A stretch of DNA of 64,000 bases from Octopus vulgaris (Eukaryota), in NCBI GenBank assembly GCA_951406725.2, contig OX597815.1:41168001-41232000 (forward strand), read 5' to 3'. Positions 25,785 to 38,649 of this stretch are shown piece after piece. The translations under genes and the position numbers were made by a program. The notes under the pieces were generated by a model, which saw only the letters and a list, made by a program, of their open reading frames with translations, was not told the origin of the DNA and ran no database searches. Positions within the stretch are counted from its first letter, which is position 1, and every line of letters starts with the position of its first letter.

Positions 25785-28338
25785 CGGGTGTGTGCATGTG
25801 TGTGCTTGCATGCGTGCATGCGTGCGTGCGTGCAGTTGTCCCTTGGTCTGCACAATAGATTGTCCTCAAGACTACGTACAAATCGAAATCATGTAAAACG
25901 AATTCGCTAATCAGTGATTTTATATTCAGTGCTCAGGTGTACTACAACTTATTGCAGCCATACAGAAGAAGGGACAGAAAGCAACTATACGTCAAATATC
26001 AAATAAAGATAGCAATGATAACCACAAGTGCATGCACAGTATATCACTCATACATACGCGTTGCTCATATATACACGAACATACTGCAAGCTCCATGCAC
26101 AAACCACGTTCTTAAGAACAATGGGATTATAGAGTAAACCCTCTCTTCATTGTTTTCGGGTAGAATATGACCTTCACAGTTTTAAAACAGGGTGACAAAT
26201 TTTGGAGGCTTCCTTCATTTCAATATTTTCATCTCTTCTTTTGTCACCGTCTCATTTTATTTCCTTTTATCAACTCCTTTATTGTAACTTCAGTTACCTT
26301 ATTTTATTGTCAGTTATTCTTTTATTAGCTTTTTTTTTTATTACCATCTCATTGCATACCGTTTAAATCATTTAGCAATTATTTTATTACCGTCTTTTAT
26401 CTGCTAAATTAAATTTATTTTTATTTTTTATTTATTTATTTATTTATTTATCTAGTTTCAGCTCACAAGATGTGGCCATGCTGGGGCACCGCCATTTGGT
26501 GTTGCTACATGATTTTACTTCACGAATGCTTTTAAGCAATTGCCATTTGGTAAAGTTTTTGTGACATTAACACCATTCTCTTCCCCACTTTATTGTTTAT
26601 CTAGAAGTGGCCTACAGATATTGCTTCGGGTGATTTCCTGTAAAGAAACGCATAGAAACAAACATCCTGCCTCATATGCACCACACCTACAAGCGTTCAT
26701 ATTTATAGGAAAAATATGATTATGCACTGTCCATGCATTAATTATCTATCAGTCTGTCTGTCAATCAGTCAGAATATGCGACTAATAGAGCGAGGGAGAA
26801 ATTTGTGTGGTTATGGTCACGCGAGCTGTTAGAAATAGCAACTAAATCTCAATCAACTCAAACCCTACCATCTTAAACAAAGTAATAAAACATTGGATAA
26901 TAGAGAGCTAGACTCTTCTAAACAGATGGAATGGTCATATCAGGAAGACTTTCTCAAACATGGCTTATCTGATGTCATACGACAAAATTACATTGAACAA
27001 TAATGCTTATTGTTGTGTTCGTTTTTTGTTGTTGCTCAGACCGCAATTCGATTCTGATCACCCCTTCTTTTATTCTGATGCATCCCAGACTACGCTTTAA
27101 TTATTAGAAGACTGTACTTATATATTATTATATTTTGTTTGAATCTCACTAGAACCAACCTCTCCCATCACCCCCTCCAGTGTTGATAAGATAAACGCCA
27201 GTTATATGGTGTGATTCAAATGACAACACTGCACAAACCAATGTATCTTCCCCTTTTTTTTAATCTGAAGACAGTAGGATGTGATACGAGAGACTTGGCC
27301 ATCATTTCCAGCAGGCAGATGAACCCTAAAGAAGTTCCAACAGTTGTTGGGTTCTAACGTGACAACTAAAATTATTCATTGCTAAATGACCGTCAAATAT
27401 TAAGAATCTAGCATCGCTGGACCAGGTTCATCAAAATTATATTTTCAGAAATCAAATTAAGTATTTTGTTGGATCAAATTAGATTTTATTGAGTTTTGAA
27501 TAAATCTTGAAATTAACTGTTGATGATTAGCATTTCAACAAGATTCCTGAACTGCCTTCCCCTCTCTCATCAATCTAGAGGCCCTGTAAAAGGTAATTGG
27601 AGTTGCCTCTTCACTTCTGTTTAACCCTTAAAAATAACAAATGAGGGCCATACGTTTGTAGAGAAAGGACAGAGGCGACTGAATTAACCAAGGTGTATAT
27701 AATCCCACATGCCACTGTTTCTGCCACTTCAAGGCCTTACCTTGATTAAATCACTCCAAGACCTTGACTGATATTTGTTTTATCGGCCCAGGAAGAACAA
27801 AAGGTAAAGTCGACCTCGATGAGAATTTCAATTTAGGACATAACGGACCTGTTTAAAATAATTGTTTCTGATGTAGATACAAGGTCAACAATTTGGGAGA
27901 TAGTAGAGGGTATTAGTCGATCAAATCTACTCCAGTTCTTGACTGGCACCTTACCTATCCCGGAGGGATGAAAGACAAAGTTGAACTCAGCAGGATTCAA
28001 ACCCAGAACGTTAAGGGCTGTAACAAATACCGCAAGGCATCTTGTCCGGCACTCTACTGGTTCTCCCATTCACTGCTCTCTTCCCTTCTTTATCTGTTGA
28101 AAGTTCGTATTTAATTTAAGCAAAGTAAATAAATAGACGAAACACAGTAATTTTTTTCATGGTTTCTGAATAACTTTATTTCGTATTTTACTAAATTATT
28201 TGTAATTTAAATTGATGTTGCTTCTGCTTATTTCTGCTGCTGCTGTTGTTAATGTTGTCCTTGTTAATATTATTGCTGCTGCTGCTGCTGATGTTGTTGT
28301 TGTTGTTTAAGTTGTAATTTCTACAGTTGTAGTTAAAA

Positions 28339-28862
28339 CTAGCAGTATAGCCCGGCATTGCCCGGGTATGTAAGAACCCCTGGAGCAGACATGATGCTCG
28401 CTGTGAATTAAAAAAAAAATTCCTGCCAATTTGTGAAAGATATTGTCGAAAATGTGTCATCTTGAATTTGAACGCGATTTCCCAAAATTGCATGATTTTA
28501 TCGATTTTTTCTGACGGTAAGGTATTGCATGGAAAACTAACGTCAGAATTAAGTTTCTTGGGGTAACATTAAGCTTCACCATGAGTTTGGTGAAAATCGA
28601 TTGCAAGTTGCGAAAACTACAACAGAAAATGTGTTGCAAATAAAAAGTTTAGATTCTCGACCCCATGTCGAATTTATCAATTTTTTTCAGAACTGGGGGA
28701 ACTTTTCAAAGTTTTCGTTGCGTTAGTTTTGAATTATGACATTGGGCTATGTGTGTGTCAAGTTTCATCAGAATCGGTTGAAAGCCGTGGTCAGGGTGAG
28801 GGTACAACCTGACAGACACACAGACACACAGACAGACAAACTGCCGTTTATATAGAGAGAGA
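28339..28862 (-). mobile_element. Non-autonomous Helitron inserted at the 3' end of a coding exon
   Basis: Minus strand A^TCTCTCTCTATATAAACGGCAG ... CCCGGGCAATGCCGGG hairpin, CTAG^T; no TSD; paralog at 22148. Confidence 0.85.
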
Positions 28863-29249
28863 TGCGTCAGAAACTGAAGGACCGCTATCTTCTTCTGATG
28901 AAGAAGGGAAAATCTTACTTCCGAACGATGGCACACGTCCATTGCTTCGACGGTAACCATAATATGTATTCTTCTTCTGTAGCTGAGACGATGAATCAAA
29001 CTGGTTGTCCAAATTGGAAGCCGATGGATAGTTTATATATCCATTTGCCATACTCCTTTCTCGTAGGATGTTTAATAAGATATTAGCCAGAACATCTTTC
29101 GATGCTCTGGTTGTGTCTCGCTCTGTGCGAGGAACTGCAATAGATTGTGGTCGGTTGATCTGTTCGGGCTTCAACTCCGATGCAAGGCAGTAAAATACTA
29201 GCATTGAGGACGTTATCGAAAGTAGTGTTAATACCGTAATTCTAGGCAT
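28848..29249 (-). CDS. Secreted neuropeptide/prohormone-like precursor, 133 aa, single coding exon
   Basis: Polypyrimidine tract plus TTTCAG acceptor (exon starts 29266), ATG 17 nt later; hydrophobic signal-peptide-like N-terminus MPRITVLTLLSITSSMLVFYCLA; dibasic KK and RR; non-repetitive open frame; AATAAA at ~28175 downstream. Confidence 0.75.
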   Translation of the reverse strand: MPRITVLTLLSITSSMLVFYCLASELKPEQINRPQSIAVPRTERDTTRASKDVLANILLNILRERSMANGYINYPSASNLDNQFDSSSQLQKKNTYYGYRRSNGRVPSFGSKIFPSSSEEDSGPSVSDASLSI

Positions 29250-29736
29250 GATCACAAACGGTGGATCTGAAATATTGGAGAAGAAAAAAGAAGCATTATA
29301 AAAGACCTGTGATTGCATTAGGGGAAAATATACATATTCAAATCTACGTTGAGCATCACTGCAAAATCATCAAAATAGAGTTGAGCAGTTACTAAACCTC
29401 CGAATTTTATACGGATTCCCAAAGGCCATATGGACGACGGTTGAGAACCACTGTTTTAGGCCGCAAACATTGGGACGTCAAGTCCGACAATAATGTTCTG
29501 TTCGATATTATAGCAGCGTCGACAATGTATATCCACCTTCATCATGATTCAAAAAATGATGATGATGATGATGATTATGATGAAATTGGCGGAATATAAA
29601 CACACATAATCACTACCTGCCTGCCTACCTACCTACCTACCTACCTACCTACTTACCTATATACATACATGCTTAATACATACATACATACATGCATACA
29701 TACACATATACACACATACATACATACATACATACA

Positions 29737-29769
<33 letters not shown>

Positions 29770-30253
29770 GCATACAAAAATACCCTGTTGATGTTGATAT
29801 TCTAATGAAGGAGCTTTGGATATGGGTTAGAAACCGGCTCTTTCTCTATTGGCAAGAAATCTTGAAATAAAACTGAATAATGACACACACACACACAAAT
29901 AACCGATGTTGCAGTCACATTTGTCATAAAGAAAAGTCTGTTTTCTCAGAACTACTAAGACAAGAACATCCACGCCCAGTTACATAACATAGGAAAATAC
30001 ATGAAGATAGAAAATAAAATCTTTCATCTCTCAAACATTAATGTAATCGTCAATGAAAAGACACAAATGAATAAAAGGTTAAGAGAGAAAATACAGAAAT
30101 ATAACTTTAGAAAACCAAATATCCAGCTTAAATCAAAGAACGACTAAGATAAGAGATATTCTTTAAATGGTAAAGAATTTATGATGAAAAGTAACAATCA
30201 ATATAGTACCGGTTCCAGCACTAAGACAAGTAGAAAAAATTGGGAGGTAGGGA

Positions 30254-30417
30254 CACTAGCGTAGCTAGGTAGGGATGGTAGGGGTGGTCCTCCTCGATAG
30301 GCACTTTTAATGGGGCACTACATTTGAGTCTGCTGTAGGAAATGCATTTTTTGTGGGATCCGGGGGCGGCAAACGGAAGGGCCGCCCCGGGCGGCACACA
30401 CTGTAGCTACGCTAGTG
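30254..30417. mobile_element. hAT-type MITE
   Basis: TIR CACTAGCGTAGCT/AGCTACGCTAGTG; 8-bp TSD GGTAGGGA/GGCAGGGA. Confidence 0.8.
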
Positions 30418-30465
30418 GGCAGGGATTACCATTAATGAGAATGTTTAAAAGAACAAATGTAGCGC

Positions 30466-30710
30466 TTGAACAATGTTGGGCAGGAGCTGCACACCTTTGA
30501 ACTAATCCGACGTGAGAACCTTGAGGAAGAGAGACGTCAACGTCATCTCAGACTCACCAACAAAATAATGGGCAACTTCCCTTGTCATTTGTGTTCAAGG
30601 ACATGCCATTGCAGGACCGGACTGTTTTCCTATCTATCATCTTACAAAATGTAAGATAAGACTCCTAGAGGAGAACGTCGTCGTCAACTTTGACGGACGG
30701 CTGTAAGCAA
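30466..30710 (+). mobile_element. RTE LINE 3' end fragment with C2H2-like finger
   Basis: FPCHLCSRTCHCRTGLFSYL, typical of RTE C-termini. Confidence 0.6.
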
Positions 30711-30986
30711 TAACAACTCAGGAAGGAGTTCAGATGCTACAAACACTGAACAACTGGAAAACACCTTAAAGAATTCAGAAATTTTGGTGGAAATATCTAA
30801 TAGATAGAGAGAAGGTATTAACAAACATATTTAGTAATTTACTGAGAGAACCAGAAACAATGTGGCAGAATCATCATAATCTGCAAGACCAAAGAAACAG
30901 CAAACTCCCAAAAGAAGAAACCTATTATTGGCTTGCAAGCAATATAGAATCTTAGCTGTAATATAATATTGCAGAAGGAGAAGGTG

Positions 30987-31046
<60 letters not shown>

Positions 31047-31262
31047 GCACGCACGCACAAACACATCACGTATGTATTATGTATGTATATGCATGTATGT
31101 GTTTATGTATGTATTATGTGTGTGTGATTATTCAGTTTTATTTAAAGATTTCTAGCCAAGAGAGAGAGAGAGATATATATAGAGAGAGATAGAGAGACGG
31201 TTTCTAACCTACATCAAAGACTCCTTCATTGAAATTTAACATTAACTGGGTATGTATGTATG

Positions 31263-31296
<34 letters not shown>

Positions 31297-32540
31297 TGTA
31301 TGTATTTATGTATGTATGTATGTACGTATGTATGTGTATATGTATATATACACCAGGAAAAAACGCTTAACGGCATTTTGTCCATCTTTACGCTCTGAGT
31401 TCAAATTCCGCCGAGGTCGACTTTGCCTTTCAACCTTTAGGAGTCAATAAAATATGTACCAATTGAGTACTGGAGCCGATATAATCGACTTAGCCCCTCC
31501 CCCAAAATTACTGGCCTTGTGTCAAAAACTGAAACCAATATTGCAGAGGGAGAAAAAACGAAAAATCTCCTCTCGCTTTCAGAAGAACGGTATGGTGTGA
31601 TTTAGATGCAAAACAATTGCATCGTGGCCCTTTAAAACACATATATATATATACTGTAACACTCAAGTTTTGTTTTCGTATAGAATTGTATAATACTATA
31701 AAATACCTAAACATTTTGTCTCTCGTTTACGACCAGGTCACTGACGTTAGTCTACTGCATCTCCAAAGACCAATTCTTCCACAAAATTTATCGACAAATT
31801 GAAGTATATAAATATTCCTTTCTACGATAGGCACAAGGCCTGAAATTGGGAGGGTGTCGATTACATCGACTCCTGTGCTTAACTGGTACTTATTTTATCG
31901 ACCACGATAGGATGAAAGGTAAAGGTGATCTCAGCGGAATTTGAACCCAGAATGTAAAGACGGATGGAATGTCGCTAAGTATTTTGTCCGGAGCACTAAC
32001 GACTCAGCCAGCTCGTCGCCTTATCAAAGTATATAGATATTATCATAAAGGATAAGTAAATATAGCAGTACCTCTGTTTCACCACCAATTGTATGCAAAG
32101 GGTTTACATCTGAAATTAGCGCTTCAGCTTTGAAGAGTAGAAATCTTATTTAGCCAAGTTACTAACATAACAACAGACAAAGACTTGTATTTGGCTATCG
32201 ACGAAATAAAATGTACGAAGTATATTGATCATCAATATTCGATTGCTGTTTATCTAAATAAAGCTAAATCATCAGCATTGCACTCCTTCATTGCAGTTGG
32301 CGAATAGTTGATGAGTTTGAACATGTCTATGAACCTGAATTAAAAAGAAAAAAAGAATTGATTTAAGTAATAATGTACGGATGTACTGCATTTGTTTTCC
32401 AATATCGGCAAGGTCGTAGTCGTGTAGGAGGACATGACGCACGGCAACCCAGGTCTCTAATAGAACTGCTCCGACTTTTGTTTCTCATTTTTTTTTCTCT
32501 CCCTGTTTCATGTTGGTTCAACCCTCCAAATAACTTTAAT

Positions 32541-33076
32541 GTGAAATCCAATATTGCCAAAAATTTGCTTAACCCGATCCAGAAAATTTTCCATAGTACA
32601 CAATATTCCAGTCTTTTAACTGGTAAAATTTCAAGGCTAGCTATAGTTGCATAATAAAGAAGGGGAACATTATCTCAGGAACTATGCGCTCCAAATCACC
32701 TAATAGGCATCCCAAACCACGGAATAAATTAAAAAACTCGGTAACTAATTCTGTAGGAAGTGCTTTGAATAATCTCGCCAACCTTGGGGGACAGTTGAGA
32801 CTGTCAAAGTGAAATCCAATATTGCCAAAAATTTGCTTAACCCGATCCAGAAAATTTTCCATAGTACACAATATTCCAGTCTTTTAACTGGTAAAATTTC
32901 AAGGCTAGATATAGTTGCATAATAAAGAAGGGGAACATTATCTCAGGAACTATGCGCTCCAAATCACCTAATAGGCATCCCAAACCACGGAATAAATTAA
33001 AAAACTCCGTAACTAATTCTGTAGGAAGTGCTTTGAATAATCTCGCCAACCTTGGGGGACAGTTGAGACTGTCAAA
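32541..33076. repeat. 268-bp tandem duplication of unique sequence
   Basis: Copies 32541-32808 and 32809-33076, about 2 mismatches seen. Confidence 0.95.
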
Positions 33077-33759
33077 ATAAAGAGTTGTGTCTCCTCGGGA
33101 ATTTGGGCTAAGCTGATTCTATGATTTATCGAGCTACGGTGTTAGTCACTGGAGACATACAACACCGTAGATCAAGTATCGAAATGTTTGGAGGTAGCTT
33201 TAGTGAGTAGTTCATCTGTAAGTTTACATTAAAATATGCAGACAAGAGAAACAATGCATTTCGAAGCCATAAAAACTACTTGAAGGATTACAATAGTGAC
33301 AACTTTTATATCAGCTGGTCTGCATCACACTTCAGCAACAAGTATATACTGGCGCATAGAACACAATTCCTTCGCATCAAAACAACAGACGCTGACGCTA
33401 CCACCGTTGTGTCCTTGAGCAAAACAATTCATTTCACGTTGTTCTAGTCTACTCAGCTGAAAATGAGCATCACTTGAGTGCTCTTTCTCCCTCCAGCTGT
33501 CATATCCTGGCTGCATCGCTGGATTAAAGGGATAGTCGAGAGGGTTTCTGTGTCTGCTCCCGACTACATAGTCACCTAAAGCAATTAGCGAAAACATCGT
33601 AAAGTTAGCTAGCCATACTCATTCGCAGGTGACGGCGGGCTAAAAAAAATGTATGTATGTATGTATGTATGTATGTGTGTATGCATGTATGCATGCATTA
33701 TTTATGCATGCATGTATACATTTACCCTTTAAATAAGTGCATATCACTTCATACGCTTG

Positions 33760-34020
33760 TTTTCTATAAGTGGTCACATGATCTGGTCACGCGAGGGGTT
33801 ATACATTGATCTAGCCCTTCTAGCTTTACGCTGGCTCTCATCCCATCACATGATAGACCAACCGAGCGCTATTCGCGGGAACCCACCGTCGGCTACATAA
33901 AGAGAAATGTTCTCGCTATTTCTTCAGTGAGGTAGGTTAGCGAGGTCGACTTCGGATCTCGGCAGAGAGAAAGTTTGTTTCGTAGGCAGTCTCAGGTAGC
34001 CTTCAACGCGTACCTCTGTT
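33760..34020 (+). promoter_or_regulatory. CpG-rich putative promoter / first exon
   Basis: Non-repetitive CpG cluster; TCACATGA E-boxes at ~33774 and ~33846; donor-like GAG|GTAGGT at ~33931; CpG depletion begins downstream. Strand is a guess. Confidence 0.4.
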
Positions 34021-35279
34021 TCTTCATCCAGCAGAAGCCATGTCATGTATTTGTTTTCATTTTCTACATCGCATACATCACCATGCACCAACTGCATGAG
34101 AAACCTTATGTATATTTTCTGACAGTATCTTTCAAGATGTATTCCATTAACTTTGCTTTTTAATAGGTTGAATAAAGCATCGCTTCTAATCCTCCTGGTT
34201 TTCTGTTTCTTCCTTTATCTACATACACACGTATACTGGAACACAAACCAGCTTTTTCTATATACACCAGCTTTATCTATTAACTCACGTATACGATATA
34301 AACCAGCTTTATCTATATATATACACGTATACTGGAACACAACCGTGAAATATACATGTAAGCATGTCATTGAATGTAGCGGATCTGTATGTTTTGGCTT
34401 ATATGTATGTCTACAAGTACAAACGTTATTATGTCTGTATATGTGTGTGTATCTTCACCAGGCCACCCTAGAAATATTTTACATATTTTCACAATTCCAT
34501 CATTAGTTTGTAATTGTAATTTCTTAACTAGCGGTGTCCCGCCGGCCTTGGAAGACCATCTACCCCAATAACCGCAGGTATAAATCTGAAGTTATAGTCC
34601 AGTTTCTCGTTTATCCGACACAAATGCTTTCTTTTCCTTTTTATTTTATCATTTATGTTAATGCTAGTTGAACAACCGATCCTACTACTGCGCACGCTTT
34701 CTTTTCTCTGTCCCAGATAATTAGCCCTGCTTTGCTGAGTGTACGTTTATTTACGGAAGTTTTGACAGGAACATTTTACTAGTTTCTTTTTTATTATAAA
34801 TGTGGCTGCCTTCCACATTACTGCATTCTCATTATATTTTTTATGTTCAGGATTTACCAAGCAACGAATTGCATTGTATAGTGATTTTTGCCTCTCAAAA
34901 GTAGATAGCGTCATGATTAACATTTTACGGAGAGTAGCTTATGATGTTGGCTTCACTTTTAGCACTAATTTGACAGACTGGATTGGTTTTCACATTTTAG
35001 TGCCCTATCCTTTGTGTGAATCAGGTATTTTCTTGTTATTTCTTGTTCTTGGATTGCAAAAGCATATCCTTCGAGGTGACCGCTGATATACTGGTTATTG
35101 ATCCAAGGTAGACTACTCTGGTTATTCATGTTTACTCTTTGAAGCTTTCTAACAATTCGTGCATGACTTGCTGAAAAGGCGATAAACAATTCATTTGATG
35201 TTCTTTTGCTGTAAAAATGCGCAGCTTTTCGTGGGTTTGTATTCTTGGTAATCAGACAGGAAATACTTAGTGTGAATGA

Positions 35280-35665
35280 GAGCAGAATCCAAGTAACTTA
35301 AACTGGCTGTATTTCCCAACTTAATTCGACATCTCCAAAGGTCGAGTTTGGCCACGAAGGTTCAAATGGTGTCACAGTGTGTGAAAATGTTGATGTTTTT
35401 CCCTTGTAGTTTAAGGTCGAGAGCATTCAACACTTCGATGATGTCCACTAGGTAAGCTAGAGATAGCCGAAAGCCTTCTGACTGGAATTTGTCATGGAGA
35501 TTTGCCTTCTGCTGCAAATCTAGAAATATTGATACTTCCTCTCATAGTTCATAATGCTGTCTAAGCATGTTCCCCTTTGATAGCCATCATACGTTTGTGT
35601 GAAAACCAATGCGTCATGTTCAGATTCCATATCTTTACACAACAGTTTGAAAAGTTTAAGGTTAC
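35280..35665 (-). mobile_element. hAT (Charlie/ZBED8-like) transposase fragment
   Basis: LFKLLCKDMESEHDALVF/HTNV.WLSKGNML, LAYLVDIIEVLNALDLKLQGKN. Confidence 0.75.
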
Positions 35666-36796
35666 AACTGTGGTGAACTTTATTTGGAATCATGGGCTTA
35701 ATCACCAACAGTTCCAGGCTTTCTTTGAAGAAATGGATTCTAATTTCTGTGACTTGCCTTACTACACAGAAGTGAGATGGCTCAGTTGCAGTAGAGTCCT
35801 GTTTCGTTTTTATAAGCTCCGAAGAGAAATAGATCTTTTTCTCACCGAAAAGAATTGAGCTGATCCACAGCTGTCAGATCCTTCATGGTTATCAAGGTTG
35901 TCGTTTTTAGTTGACGTCACTTCTCATATGAATGAATTGAATTTAAAACTGCAAGGAAAGAATAACCTTGTCTGTGATCTCTACAGAATTATTACAGCAT
36001 TTCGGAGCAAGCTATCATTGTTTGAAGCACAACTTGAAGGAGGAAACCTCTCTCTCAGTGTTTTCAAGAGTTTTGCACAGAAAATGTGGAACATGTTAAC
36101 CTCGAGTTTCAGAAAAAAATTATTCAGGACTTAAATAAGCATTTTTCTCAAAGATTTTCAGATCCTGACAAAATTGGGGATGAAATTCTTTTGTTTGAGA
36201 ATCCCTGAACTACAACTGGAGCTTATTGACTTGCAAGCTAATACCTTGTTGAAAGAGAAGCACAGAGATGGAAAACTCATAGAATTTTATCACTGCTTGC
36301 CTTCTGATGAGTTTTCAAAATTGAAAAAAATTTCAGTTTTTGGAACAACTTATGTTTGTGAGTAAACTTTTTCAAAAATGAAGTGTGTGAAGTCAATACA
36401 TTGAACAAGGCTCACTGATGAACATTTGAAAGCAGTTTTTATGGTTGGCTACAGCAATCATAAAGCAAATGTTGATGATATTTTGAAAGCAAAATGCCAG
36501 TTTCACAAATCTCATTAACTTTTGTGCTGCTTACTTTTTATGCAAATCAGCTATGTGCACACTTATTCTAAAAATTCTAACTTGGTAATATTTTGGTATT
36601 ATTAAAATATGCTTATTGTTTTTATTATTTTGTGTATTTTATGTATTGATAAATAAACAGGATGACTGTCTTTATTTTTTGTGTACATTCAGTGTATTCT
36701 ATATTGTACTGAATCGAACAAAATATTTATCTGACCCGTGCTTGGCATTCTTTTAGCTATATCTGACCCACTATGAAAAAGGTTTGGTGACCCCTG
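35666..36796 (+). mobile_element. hAT (SPIN/GTF2IRD2-like) transposon 3' half, degraded
   Basis: LNHQQFQAFF..DLPYYTEVRWLS, MNELNLKLQG, LQLELIDLQ, FGTTYVCE; TIR GGTTTGGTGACCCCTG at 36781-36796. Confidence 0.85.
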
Positions 36797-37230
36797 GTCT
36801 AAGGTGTCACCCTTATCTTTATAGCAATTGATTACAGTCCTGCTACACCAGTTGTTGGGTATGACTCTCTTGTGAACAACCTGATTAACTATATGGGTGA
36901 CCAAGCCTTATCCCATTCTACCAGATATTTTAAGCTTCTCAGTGGTGATTCTTGACGGGCCAGGGGCTTTCCCCTCTTTTCATATCCTTAATTGCTTTAT
37001 CTACCAAGCAACCATCAATTTGGATATCTGGTCCCTCAGGTGGGGCCACATTAGGCATATTCCACTTCTCCAATGCATTCTCTACATTTAGCAGCCTTTC
37101 ATAGGGGGACTTCCAAACCTCTTTCTTTGCAGAGTCACTAACTGCAAGAGAAACATACAAGCAAATGCACTTCTCTTACAACATAAATAATTTTCACTGA
37201 CACACTGTCTTGCAATCCAAAATACCTTAA
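36797..37230 (-). mobile_element. Old RTE LINE fragment
   Basis: KKEVWKSPYERLLNVEN..VDKAIKDMK, IVNQVV..VIPNNW..CYKDKGD; homologous to 59400-59800. Confidence 0.8.
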
Positions 37231-38295
37231 GCCTCTGGTCCTCCTACCTCTACTACCCCTTTACCCATTAATTTAGATGACAGCATTCTAACAGTTGGCA
37301 AAGATCTGTCCTCAGTCTCTTGAATAGATTTTTATAACCACAATACTGTCTCTGTAATGATAACAGTCCTTTTCTTCACCTTTTCTTCTTTTTTTCCTTC
37401 TCTTTCTCCTTTTCTTTCTACTCCTCTACTCTAAACCACACTTGCTCTTTTGCTTTATTGTTCATTGGTTCACTAAACTTACTTCCTTGATTTTTTTTGG
37501 GGGGGTTTTTATTTTTTATTACTGATTTTCTTATTGAGTTGGATTCATCATTGTGTTGTAGCAGACTCAGAAATTCCAGGTGGCAATGTAATGTTTATCT
37601 CATGAAGGTAATCTCAGCCTAATGTTTAGCTCTGTTGAGTAGATTTCATTGCATAATGATTACATTACAAGTTTCAGCTAGTTAAAAAATATTTGTAGTG
37701 TGCATTTTACCTGTTCCACTCCCTCAGTTTGGATATATATATATCTTGGTTTTAATTTTTGTCTTAAAGAGTGTGTTTAAATGAAAGAAAGTGCTAATAA
37801 AGAATTAGCCAAAATTCTGACTGCTTCCTTTTTCTCAATACACAATATCTGTACACCACTTCAAACACTCTAAACAAACAAACATCCATCCATCCATCCA
37901 TCTGTCCATCCGTCTATCCATCCATCCATCCATCCATCTGACCGAGGTTGTATAATTATGCATAGAAGAATATAGTAATCAATGAAATTCCAACCTAGTC
38001 TGATTTTCACGTTTTATAATATATAATTTTTACAATTTTACAATATTATAAAAATAAAGTATTATATATTTATTGTGATAAAATTAATTTCTTTCATGCA
38101 TTATGCAATCATCAGTTTTATGTAGCAATAGTGATAGTTGTGTTTCACAATCGATAACTGTAGTGAAATGATAGGCTCCAGCAAGCTGAATCTAATGAAC
38201 TGTTAGTTTGGTGAGCATGCCAACTAAGTTCAGTTCTAATTGTATTTTGACCAACCAGTATGTTGACCAACCAACTTCGTTAGCATTTATAATAT

Positions 38296-38330
<35 letters not shown>

Positions 38331-38430
38331 TACATACATAATTAATATCAGGGTAATAAAGATTTTCGAAATTTTTACTGCCAGTGGTCTAGCATATAGA
38401 AAAATTAGTCAATAGACTATATATTATTCA

Positions 38431-38649
38431 TATAAAATACAGTGTACATTTAAACACATTAAGAGGTTTTCATCATAGGACCTCCTTATGCTAGAAGGAA
38501 CAGCTAAAGTCCAAACTACTAATTAGGGATAAATTCTCGAAGGGAATTTATCCCTAATTAGTGGTTTAGACTTTACCTGTTCCTTCTAGCATAAGGGGGT
38601 CCTATGATGAAAACCTCTAAATGTGTTTAAATGTACACTGTATTTTATA
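38431..38649. repeat. Imperfect foldback, ~105-bp arms
   Basis: Inverted arms centred near 38540. Confidence 0.85.

Noticed and set aside
29250-29318. N-terminal 23-aa extension in the ORF track (MQSQVFYNASFFF...)
   Set aside because: Mostly intronic polypyrimidine tract and acceptor; the likely start is the ATG at 29249
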